Shown here piece after piece: positions 36,901 to 48,400 of a DNA stretch of 64,000 nt (position 1 is its first letter; each line of letters starts with the position of its first letter). Both the position numbers and the translations under genes were made by a program. The notes under the pieces are model-generated. The model made no database searches, was not told the origin of the DNA, and saw only the letters and a list, made by a program, of their open reading frames with translations. This stretch comes from Takakia lepidozioides (taxonomy: Eukaryota; Plantae; Bryophyta): assembly GCA_030704615.1 (NCBI GenBank), contig CM060732.1, forward strand, positions 47,182,001 to 47,246,000. Direction: 5' to 3'.

Positions 36901-39900
36901 GGTTGAGCTGTGGGGCCCATCACTTTGCAAAGTGTGTATGAGATGCTGTGTTAATATGCAGGGGAACCCAATAATACACGTAAACTGAAGTAAGAAGGTA
37001 ATCCATCATCTTGTTTTTAGGTCCGTCTTGAGCTGTAGAGCTGAACATAGTCCGAAGACTGGTAGACTCTTTAAATAATGATGTAGTTCATAAATGTTGA
37101 GCATACTGTCAAATTCACCACTTGGTTGTTAGAACTGAAGTCAGCCATTATTATGAGGAGAATTTAATTTATGAGGTACTTCCAGATCTGAAGGGGGAAT
37201 GCTGCACGTGCATACCAATGTAAAGGACACAGAGGAAGATGCGTGGATCGAATACCTCCTCGTGTCCTTGGAATGCTTGTCTTCTGGGCTTGGTAATGTC
37301 TCACTTATGTATTGCTTGCACTAGTGTGAAACTCAACGTGACATGGATTGGTAAGTAATATAGGTTTTCTGCTTTGGGTGGTTTCCCTTGGTGTCTTTCT
37401 TTGTCTCTCTTGGTGTTTCACTTCCTGATTCATTGTCCTGGGTACACTCACCAGAGAGCCACCCTCTTCAATTCCATCAAGGGAATTGTTCCTGTACCTC
37501 TGTTTACCAACTTTGAAAATCTCGTGGCTGAGCCAAAAGCCCAGGTCCTTTTGGGGTCTAGTTATTGGGCAAATCACACACAGCAGATTGATGGATTTTC
37601 AGAGAATATCTGGAAAACTCGGATCCATTGCATGTTTCAAGTCATACTACTGGTGTCAGTCTGACAAAGGTAGTTCCTGTCCCTTTGTGTTCCGCTCAAA
37701 CTGGGCGTGATGTCAATGGCCACAAGGCTACGGCAAACGGCGTCTTATGAGCACATTCTCTCGGTGTTTTCTTTGTGTGTGTGTCTCTCTCTCCCTCCCT
37801 TGAGGCTGAGCCAAAAGCCCAGGCCCTTTTGGGGCCTAGTTATTGGGCAAACCACACACAGCAGATTGATGCTTGTGTAAAGGGCTTTCTAGAGGATATT
37901 TGGAAAACTCGGACCGATTGTCTGTTCCAAGATAAGTCATACTACCGGCGTCAGCCTCTGGCAAAGGTAGTATCTGTCCCTTTGTGTTCCGCTCAAACTG
38001 GGCACGGGGTCAATGGCCACAAAGGCTACGGCAAACAACGTCTTATGAGTACATTCTCTCCCTCCCTCTCTCGTCTTTATCAAGTTAAGTCCCACTACCG
38101 GACTGAGCTCCTCTCAAAGGTAGTGTCTGTTCCTTGTTGTTCTGCCCAGACTGGGCGTGGGTCTATGCCCACAAGGCTATGGCAAAGAAGTACATTCTCT
38201 CCCTCTCTACCTCCCTCTCTTCTCTCCCTGTCCTCTAGGAAGCGTATTGCCATTGGGTGGACTTGATACGGGAGTACATTAATGTCTCTGTGACTAAATG
38301 CCGGCCTTGTGACCTCGTGTCCTTGTTTGTTTCGACCTGAAGCGCTTGCTCCAGGTAAGGTAGTGCATTGGATTTAGTTGGAAAGCTTGGGGCCTTTCCC
38401 TCTTTAGAATATGCCTACACGGGCCATTCCCTGCAACTTCCTGGAGCGTGATCTCTGAATGGTAACAAGCGGACCCCTACCGCTTGGGGGCAGCCCCTCC
38501 GCCCAAATTGGGCAGTCGTATGCTCTGTATAGCATACTCGGCACTTGGGCTCGGGTTGGTTCCTGTGCTTAAACTTATAGCCTGCGAGACCAATCAAAAT
38601 TTTAGCTCCTATCAACATCAACACTCCCCAGGGTGATTCCTGGGAATTGGTTACTTATGCCAAATCTAGGGCTTCATGTGTAGTTTTTGGTGTGAATCCC
38701 AGATGGACGATGTGTCCTTTAAAACTACATTCTCTAGCTTAGGCTTGGATTTCATGGCTAATGGTTCCATCTCGAGACTTGATAACAGGGGTACATTGAA
38801 GGTTGCAATGACCAAAAGTGCTTCTAATAGAGTCCCACATCAATTCAATCTCAAAGAAGTTCGTCCCTTGACTGGCTGGAGAGCGGTCTTAGACATTGGT
38901 GATTCAATGGGGCGCTCTAGGAAGACAACCAAGGGCAAGGACTTCAACTTGAGAGTTTCTAATCGGTTTGATGCTCTGAATGAGGTTGAATCCAAACAGC
39001 CAGAAGGACAAGATGCCCCTAAGTGTACAGAACCTGAACGTCCTGAATCTGAAGGATTTGGTACTCTGAATGGTTTACCAATCCTCAAGGTTTACACAAC
39101 ACGAACAAATTCTATACACGGGGTAATTGTCCCCAAGCCGTCAGATGGACAATCTGTCCCTAAGATTGCAGAGCCTGAACGTTGTGTAACTGAAGGATTT
39201 GGTACTCTAAATGGTTTACCAATCCTCAAAGTCTACACAAGATGAGCAAAATCTACACACGGGGTAATTGTCCCCAAGCAGTCTGACGGACAATATACCC
39301 CTAAGTGTGCGGAGCCTGTGCGTCGTGTAACTGAAGGATTTGGTACCCTGAATGGTTTACCAATTCTCAAAGTTTACACAAGACGAGCAAAATCTACACA
39401 TGGGGTAACTGTCCCCCCTTTGCAGAACGGTTGGCCGTCCAGGAGCAATCACAAGCTACCTAGACGACAAACAATTCACATGCAAAGGGCTGGCTTGCGG
39501 CTGGCCACTTTCAACTTCTCAGGGCTTACTAACCAAAGGAAACAACTCGAAGTGGGACAAGTCCTTCGGACTAATGATATTCATCTGTGCTGGGCAAGAA
39601 ACATGGGAAACGTCGGATAAACTGGTTGGAGATGTCAATGGTTATAAATGGGCAGGTAGGATGTGTACTCTCAAGGCAGCCTCTGCCAAACGCGGTCAAA
39701 AAGGGGTTGGATTCTTTGTCCGTGATTTCTTGTTTGATAATTGTGAAATTATCAACAAGGGTTTGAGGTACGAGCATAGTATCTGGCTAAAACTGAATCT
39801 GAAGGGCGGCATGAGTACGAAGGACCTCTTTGTGGGTTGTGTTTACATGCCCACAGAGGGGACCCTTACTCTGACGCAGACAAAGCCTTCGAAGATGTAA

Positions 39901-42900
39901 AGCTGGACTGTGCTTCGTTCCTTGCCAAAGGTCAGGTAGTGCTATTGGGTGACTCAAATGCCCGGGTGGGCAAAGGGCTCCATCAGGGTGATATCATTGG
40001 GCCTTTTGGTGAGGACGAGCTGAATTCTAATGGCAGACGGTTAATTAATTGTCTGGAAGAGCTTCAGCTTTTGACCTTGAATAACAGGACAAGAGGTGAC
40101 CAAGTGCAGTGGACTCGTGAGAAATCCCAAACTGGGGAACGTTCCATTGTGGACTATATCATAATGGACAAAAATTTGTTTCCCCAGTGTGCCAATGTGT
40201 TGATCGACAGAACTGATATTGGTACCTCTGACCACTTCCTGGTTTGGACTGAGATCAAAAGGTGTTTTCCCAACACCAAGAGATCTGTGAAACGTTCGAT
40301 TCGGAAGTGGCGCATAGAAAGATTCCATAATGAGGAGGTCAAGGCTGAGTACGTCCAGGCCTTGCAAGAGGCTCTCCCTCACTTTGTCCAATCGCTCCAA
40401 GAACTTCAGTCTCGCTCTGACAACGCAAGAAATGAAGTCGAAAGAGCAGTGGACTCTTGGGAGAGTTTCGTTTCCTCCGTGGCTGACAAGATCATTGGGA
40501 GGAAACTAATTGTCTGCGGTAGAGCTGTTAATTGGTGGACCAATGAGATCAAACTCAAGATAGCTGAGAGACGAGCCCTCTATAAAGAGTGCTGCAATTT
40601 GAAAACCAACAGAGAATTGTGGGCGAGGTACTACCAGCTCCGTAAAGATATCAATCAGCTTGTTAGTTCTCAGAAGAAATTATACTGGGATAAGTTATAC
40701 AGTGAAATAAACTCAAACCACCATGGTGGTAATGACAAGAAATTCTGGTTGGCCCTTCAACGTTTGTACAAGCCTAAAAACGGTCAGCAAGTACAAGCGC
40801 TGAAGACTACTAAAGGTGCAGTGGTGACTTCATCGGTTGACATTGTCAAAACCTTTGAAAATCACTACAGTATCCTTGGCAGAACTTCTAGGTCTAACAG
40901 TGAGGGGTCTTCTGCTGAATGGAGGGACACAGTTGGAAAAACTGTTCCTATGATTCAAAACAGCCCTGATGAACTGGAGTATATTTCAATGGCTTATAAC
41001 GCTCCCATTAGTTCTTCTGAGATTGTGGAAGCAATTGAACATTTAAATGGATATAAAGCTGGTGGACCTGATGGTATTGTCAACGAGCTTATCAAGCGCG
41101 GTGGCGATCCCATGATAGAGGCCCTAGTTCTCCTCTTTAACCTTATCTGGAAGACTGAAATGATCCCCTTTCGCTGGCGACAGGGGGTCATTGTCAATCT
41201 ATACAAGAAGGGTGACAGAGAAGAACCGGGGAACTACCGTGGCATCACGCTCCTCAATGCTGTTGGCAAGACATTCTGCAGAGTTATAAGTACTCGTCTC
41301 GAGGTTGATCTGGAGTCTAGAGGTTGTTTCCATGAAGGCCAAGCTGGCTTTCGGCGAAACAGGGGCTGTGTGGATCATATCTTCACTCTAAGCCAGATTA
41401 TTCAGGGAAGGAAAAAAGAAGGGAAACCCACTTATGTTTTTTTCCTGGATGTCAAAAAGGCTTATGACACAGTGTGGAGAGATGGCCTATGGTTCTGCCT
41501 CTGGTCTTGTGGGATCAAGGGAAAGATGTGGAGAGTTGTCCACAACTTGTATGCTCACACCAAAAGCTGTGTCACTGTTAACGGACAGAAGTCCAACTTC
41601 TTTGACATATTGTACTCATAAGACGTTGTTTGCCGTAGCCTTGTGGCCATTGACCCCGCGCCCAGTTTGAGCGGGAACAAAAGGGACAGAACCTACCTCT
41701 GTCAGGGGCTGACGTTGGTAGTAAGACTTACCTCCATATAAAGAGTTAATCCGGGTTTTCCAGATATCCTCTAGAAATCCCTTCACACAAGCATCAACCT
41801 GCTGTGTGTGATTTGCCCAAAAACTAGGCCTCAGGAGGGCCTGGGCTTTTGGCTCAGGCACATATCCGGAAAGTTGTTCAAACTGGCAAGGGCAAAGCTC
41901 TGGGGCTCACTAAATTTTTCCACTGCAGAGGGGTCAACTCTGAGGTTAAGAAAACCATGCTTTGTCGTGTTATTAGACCTGCCTTGGAGTACGGATCTGC
42001 TATATGGGTTGATAACTCCAGCCAGGCTAAGTCTCTAGAATCCATTGAAGTGGGGGTGCTTAAGGAGTGTATGTCAGCATGCTCCAAAACAGCCAATGTG
42101 GCTGTTCGGGGTGAGTTTGGCATTCCATCCTTAAGCTCCCGATGAGATGAATTCAAGGTCAGATGGTGGGGTCAGCTGCAACATATGCCCAACACCAGAT
42201 ATCCTAAGTTAATCGACTCTATATCTTGGAAACAGGACCGCCCTGTCAAACAGGCTAAGTCCTGGCAGAAGAGAGTAGAAGAGCTTCTCAAGGACCTGGA
42301 CCTGGATCCGCAAGTCTTGACCCTGCTGGATAAATCTGACTTAGAGGCTGTAGTGTGCCATGTCTGTTGCCATGAGATTGTCTGATGAAAATGAAGTTAG
42401 GCAGAAAACTTCCCTGAACTTGTTTCCAGTCTGTGACATGGGGGAGGACACTTGGATGACCTCAAGGGTCTACCCACTCTCGGCACTAGACTGAAATTTA
42501 AACTCAGGGCAGGAAGCCTACCTTTGAACAGCAAACAGAAGCAGAGAGGAAAGGGAGAGTGCAATTGCCCGTTGTGTGGGCAATCTGAAGACAATCTGAA
42601 GACAGTATTCATTTTCTGATACACTGTCCGGGGTTCTCTCACCAAAGAGACGCTCTCTTCAACTCTATCAAGGGAATTGTGCCTGTACCCCTGTTTACCA
42701 ACTTTGAAAGTCTCGAGGCTGAGCCAAAAGCCCAGGCCCTCCTGAGGCCTAGTTTTTGGGCAAATCACACACAGCAGATTGATGCTTGTGTGAAGGGATT
42801 TCTAGAGGATATCTGGAAAACCCGGATTAATTCTTTATATGAAGGTAAGTCTTACTACCAACGTCAGCCCCTGACAGAGGTAGGTTCTGTTCCTTTTGTT

Positions 42901-43203
42901 CCCGCTCAAACTGGGCGCGGGGTCAATGGCCACAAGGCTACGGCAAACAACGTCTTATGAGTACAATCTACCTTCCTCTCTCTCGATGAAGTGTGGTTTA
43001 TGGCTGCTAGGCAACAGCAAGCTTCAAGTCTAAGGCTACACACCTTTTTGCTGGACCACTTGTTGTTTTGCAATTGCTGAGATTGGGTTTCTGACATCCC
43101 AGGGCGGCATTGGGAGATTAGTGTGGTACATGTGGAGCGAGTGAAATGGTATGCACCACATATTCGACACATTGTTGCTGATGTGCAGTGCAATCAATTG
43201 TGA
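30907..43203 (+). CDS. TYW2/3/4: tRNA wybutosine-synthesizing protein 2/3/4 (TYW3-kelch-TYW2 fusion), 12 exons
   Basis: TYW3 'DRSRKGGVDAPI..FTTSSCSGRIS', kelch repeats 'IFGG/VIGG/LFGG', TYW2 'MFSSGNVSEK..VVDLFAGIGYY..ACEWNP..LGLLPTS..HVERVKWYAPHIRHIV'. Approximate exons: 30907-31254, 31380-31532, 32027-32217, 32453-32988, 33121-33497, 33751-34974, 35253-35382, 35816-36051, 36215-36350, 36660-36736, 37186-37292, 43103-43203. Confidence 0.93.
37415..38194 (+). mobile_element. Three tandem 5'-truncated 3'-end copies of the adjacent LINE family (37415-37755, 37802-38054, ~38083-38194)
   Basis: Each matches 42605-42967 and ends in ..GAGTACA or a close variant followed by CT-rich DNA. The middle copy is flanked by a 13-bp duplication TCTCTCCCTCCCT (37788-37800 and 38055-38067). 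Confidence 0.88.
39018..39420 (+). repeat. Three 141-bp (47-codon) tandem repeats in the LINE N-terminal coding region
   Basis: Units start at 39018, 39159 and 39300, each encoding 'EGFGTLNGLPILKVYT'. Confidence 0.92.
41609..41857 (-). repeat. Inverted 249-bp copy of the LINE 3' end, replacing the RT catalytic core
   Basis: Reverse complement of 42719-42967 with only a few mismatches. RT jumps from 'NFFDI' to 'HIRKVV', with no QG or YADD motifs. Confidence 0.93.
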
Positions 43204-45478
43204 AGTCTACTTCATTAGACGAGGTATTTGGAGCTTCATCTGGACTTGATTGGTAGGTCGTTGTATTTATGAATATAAATGTGGTATTTGGCCACCAGGA
43301 TAGAAGAGTCTTATAGAGAAAGGTGCACCAGTTTCAGGAATGGCTTAACTCTATTGGCTGCATCAATCCGCAGTCCAAGTAGATTTTCTGTGGAGACTCA
43401 TTGAGTGACCAACATCAGGCTTGTTTCCATAGTATTAAGCTTATCGCTACTTTGACAAAACAATCAAAATAGTTGTAACCATCTAGACTTGAATGACCAG
43501 GCATGTGTTTGATTAAGATTTACAAAGAGTAGAAATCATCACAAGAAAGATGGATTGGGAACAGAAATCGGAATATCAGCAAAATGTGTGGCATGTATGT
43601 CTTCTTGCTATACTGTCCATGTGTAAGTTTTCTATGAAGACTAAAACAAAGGTAGGCAAGCGTTTGGCAGAAAGAGGAAAGACGAAGATGATGACTAGGA
43701 CAATCATGACGGAGAATCATTCTTCTCCTGAACATAACAGATACAGATCCACATGTGCCAAGAATGCTAGTTTCCACCAATCAGTACATCATATATTCTT
43801 TCTCAGAGCACCCCCAACAGAGGTACGCCATGCCATTTCCAATGCCATTTTGGCATGGCGTTTCCTTGATCTTGACCCACTGTACCCCACCAACACTATA
43901 TTTGGCACGGGGGACCTACGCCTAGTGTAGGGGGTGCCTAGTGTAGGGGGTACGACATAATTTCCATCTTTGGCGTACCTTGCCAACCTCCGCCAAGCCT
44001 GCACGTGCACGCCCAAGCGTTGGGAGCAAATCTGGTGTGTGCATGTCGCGCAGAGTTGTGAAGAACGCATGCAGAGTTATGAAGAATGGGCGCTCTTGCT
44101 TTTGGGGATAGGAATAGCAAGTGCGGTGCAACTTGGAGCCACCACGTGGCTTCCGTAGACTGGCCTACCCACCTTGGCGCTGGATTTAAGCGTGACGCCG
44201 GTGGATGTCCTTCCACCAAACTCCACACCATAAGCGAAACATCACGCGCTTGGTGGGGCGGGCCCGATGGCGTTCACCATTGGAGATGCTCTCATTCTTG
44301 TTGGACACAAGTTCAGCACAATGTTGGCAATGAAGGCGTAAAGAACAGGGCCATATTTCCTAGTGTATAAATATGTTTCTTATATGCTCCGCCAGAGTGT
44401 GCGGAGGCAATATGGCGTGGTGTATTGCACAGTGCACATTATACCCGATATAATGCAATGCTCTCATCATCAGATGGCCTCTTTCTTTACTTCAGGGCCT
44501 TCCTCTATACATAGACCTGGCAATGAGATTTTGGCAATATTCAATGAGCTTGTGTAATCACACCTTCTCACTTATGTGAATTCCATCTTTGTGAAGTTCC
44601 ATGACAAGAGTCATTTGTCCCAACTGCACTTTTTGCTCACTGTAAATTGCCAAATTCTCATCCTTTTGGGACTGATTTATGAACTCACTTTCTTTAATGC
44701 ATGTTGCTAGTTTCACAAAGGCTGTTACAATGTATAATGAGCAGTTATCCGCTAAGTCCAAGGGAGGGAGGGAGGGAGGGTGGGTTAGGCTAGTTTGGCC
44801 AAAAGAGAGGTTGAAGTGCAATAAATGTCAAAAGAGCAGGGGATTCAAAGACAAGCAAAAGAAATACTCAAAATAACTCAAAATAACACCAAGATGAGAG
44901 CAAAACGAGTTTCATCGTGCATTTGTTTTTTGGCTTTTCTCTTAGGGTACGTGGCGCGGCATGGAACAAAGCGGTGGAACGAAGCGGGTAGGGAGGCTAG
45001 GGCAGGGCCAATGCCGACTTTAGGAGAATACGCGCACACCTTTGCATGCCCCCGCTGTTGCCATCCCTAGTTTTGCTTTTGGTACTCTGTCCGTAGGACT
45101 TCCCGGATTAGCGCAAAGTGCCCAAGAGAGGTATAGTGGGGATGTATCGGGGGCGGAAGGATGGTCACTTAACGGATAACTTTATTAACAAAGAGAAGAG
45201 TTTTAAAGCTATGGGTAGAACTTAGTACTTAAAAGTAAGTCCATGCCGAGGTTATTTGAAATATATTACAAAAGAAAGTCAGAAAGATAAAAAAGTTAAA
45301 AAGATTAAAAGGTTAAAGGTTCAATAATGTTAAAAGACTTGAAAATTTGAAAAGCACTATGGAGTAGCTAAAAGCAATCTCAAAATAGACTCGCTTTTGG
45401 ACCTTCTTTTGTAGTATATTTAAAGTGACATGAAAAAGACTTATTTTTTAATACCTCAACTCCGAACATAGTGTTCCA

Positions 45479-48400
45479 TGGCGCACATTAGAAAAGGCCC
45501 GGGAGTTTAATGTGACCCCTTCGGTCTTGCCTGCGTGGCACCCCCCCGCCACCCCAGCCGCACCCCCTTCCCCGGCTCTTGCGCGGCTCGCGGTTGCTGC
45601 GCCCCGCCCACCCCTCACGCTGCACCCCCCCCCCCGCCCCCCCCCCCCCCCCCGCGCACCCCCATCCCCCCCCCCACCCCCCCCATGCCCGCCCCAGCCC
45701 GCCGGCCGTCACCACACCACATGAACTTTGTGGCACATGACACCTGTCACCATAACCCAACATTGCGCACGGGACACATCGCATGATGAAAGATGGATGG
45801 GATGCAACATGATCCATGTGCTGCAATCACCCATGATGATGGACGGCTTGACATGACAGGATGTGACACATACTCATATATGGTCGTAGGGACATCGCGA
45901 TGATCGTGCTTTCGTGCTTTTCGCGTCCAGTTCGCACGCACATGGTAGACCTGTCGATTTGAATGCGGCCCTTCAGCTGTCACTCCCCACGTCGATGCTT
46001 GATTGATTTATTTCATGACAGCCACAGGATAGGTTTTCCAAGCTTCCTGGCGTTTGCATGGCCCGAAATGTAGGATCCCGGCGGAAGCGGTGTTACAAGC
46101 ACTTCCTTGAGGAGTATGCATCGCGGCTGTTTTAAACTGTTGACTGAGTTGTGGCGGTGAAACGATTATTCATTCGACTTGAGTACAAGGTTTCTTTTTG
46201 GAGAATTTGGAAGTCATTCGTGTGATTTGCAACTATTTTATTCCTCTTGTTTGCCATTTCTGTCTGTTGCAGTCCATTTGCGTGCTTCATGTTAGTTTGA
46301 GTTCTTGCTTTCACATTCCAGCAACCTTTGCTCTGCTGGAGGATTCTTCAGGAGGAGGGTAGTGGATTTGGGGTGGGGGCCGATATGGTGAAATAATCCT
46401 CCATGCGCGAAGCGCGTCGGACATACAATGAAACGTACGACTCTGATGAGTGGGAAAATCTCATATGCGAGGCTCACTCAGAAGCAAGGGTTGAGCAGCC
46501 CGGTGATGATAATAGGAAGCCATTCAAGTGTATCCACTGTCTTAAGCAATATAAAGATAAGAAGAAACTTAACATTCACAGGATAAATGGTTGTGATGTT
46601 GCTGTGGGAAAGGGTGGGCCTAAACTGAAAATGTACCCTGTTTTTTAAAAGGGGCAGAAGCACATCATGGAGGCTGTTCTTGGTAAGCACGGGATGAAGC
46701 CTTCTTCCTGCAAGTTGATGAAGACGAGGGTAGAACGCGAGGAGATGACGGCAGAAGAGACTACACGAGAACCTAAGTGCAGGAAGCACATGAGTCTTCA
46801 GAAGGAGCCGGGAGTGGACTTTTTTGACGATGATGATGACGATGACGATTTCTAGTTGTTGGACGCACCACCTACGCTGCCACAGCAGACTGTTAGACCT
46901 CAGCGCATTCGATAGGACTCATTGGACGCACCTCTTCCATCACAGGAAAGTCTTCCATCTGAGCGCATTGTAAACTCTATGTTTGTATGACCTCCTGCCG
47001 TGCCGCAGCAAAGTCTTCGACCCGAAGTGCACGTTGGAGTTGCATCTTCAGGTAGACAAGATGACAGACCTCCAGTGCACATTCTGAAGTCCACAACCCT
47101 TGCACCGCTAAGTAGAGAAGAGGCAAGGGAAGGCTTTGTCAAGGCGTCGTTGCTACTGACCTCGGATATTGTTGGGTCTCCCATACCCGCACCTATTTCA
47201 TGCCCAAGACTGACCTATCTGATGAAGTTCGACTTGTTGCCCGACGGATTTTCATCTTTGGATGAGCCTTCTTTTTTCAATCGTCATGTGGTTCTTATTG
47301 GGAAATTTGAGTTCGGGGACCAAATGATGGGCAACGCTTTTGGTTAATGGTGGCTTAAACGACGCTTCTTCTTGGCCTGCACCTTCATGGTCACAACTCC
47401 TTCTTTGATGATGCGTGTCTTTGCATTTTGTTTGAAGTTGCCTTTCAAGTTTAGGGTTTTTGGTTACTCTTCCTCTATTATTGACCAGCTTCATGACTCT
47501 GCAATGGCGGGGGAGCAGTTTGATGCACCTCTTGAGGAGAAGACAACTGTGGAAAATGTGGTGGAGCTATTTGCCATACGTCCTGGAGTAACTCGTGACC
47601 ATCCCGCTCAGTTGGCAGAATGCCAACTGGTGATGGCACATCACAAGTATGCCATGGCATTGCTGGATTTCGAAATGAAAAGAATTGCAGCCCAGTCTGA
47701 GTTGGAGGCTCGTAGAAGGCAGTTTGTTGAGGACAACATGGCAAAATGGGATAGAGAACAATATGATGAGAAACATGAGGGAATCTGGGGTTGGTCCCCT
47801 CTGTACCAAATTGTTGCAGCAGGTGAGATCCCTGAGTTGCCCCTCGATATGTTCACACATTTTGAGGATGAATCTGATAGGTTGATGGTCATTCTTGAGG
47901 CTGCTCGCCACCACGCTCCACCTCCAAACATTCCGCTTTTCAGCAGGGTGTTCCGTCTGGTTTGGATGTCTCACGTTCACAACATGAAACCTATGTCAAT
48001 TCCCCGAAACTCCAACTTGTTAACTCTGTGAAATCATCTTCTCAACACAGAAGATGGCCAATGTGCCATTACAAATGCGGGTGAGAATTTCCTGCAGATT
48101 GGATACTTCCTGTACGGAGGCATGACCCCATACGAGGAAGCCTGAACCCAGGTGCGTGAAGGGCTTGCAGCCCTTCAGGAAGTGGGGAAAAAGGACTGCG
48201 AACACCTTTTTGAAGATCGAGATTGTTTCATGCGCGAGGTCCGATGCAAGGCTGTGCGTGACCTCGCCATTCTGAATCCTATTGCCTTCAGAATATTGTG
48301 GTGTGGGAGTATACCAACTGATGGTGCAAGGGGCAAGAAAAAAGCCTTGAGGGACTTCAACAAAAATTTGAAGCATCGGGAGGATGTCGACATGGGCTGG

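Larger units (their letters stand above)
38221..42967 (+). mobile_element. Non-LTR retrotransposon (RTE/RTEX-like LINE) in the last TYW intron, with a central RT deletion
   Basis: 'SNRFDAL'; APE endonuclease 'LATFN..QETW..LGDSNAR..SIVDY..SDH'; RT 'KAGGPDG..NYRGITL..QAGFR..FLDVKKAYD'; C-terminal 'CPLC..HF..HC' and 'RGVNGHKA'. Probable TSD TCTACCTYCCTCTCT at 38206-38220 and 42967-42981. Clade assignment is tentative. Confidence 0.88.

Noticed and set aside
38280-38520. Possible HDV-like ribozyme in the LINE 5' UTR
   Set aside because: Small hairpins exist, but I could not build the nested double pseudoknot by eye; it needs a covariance-model search.
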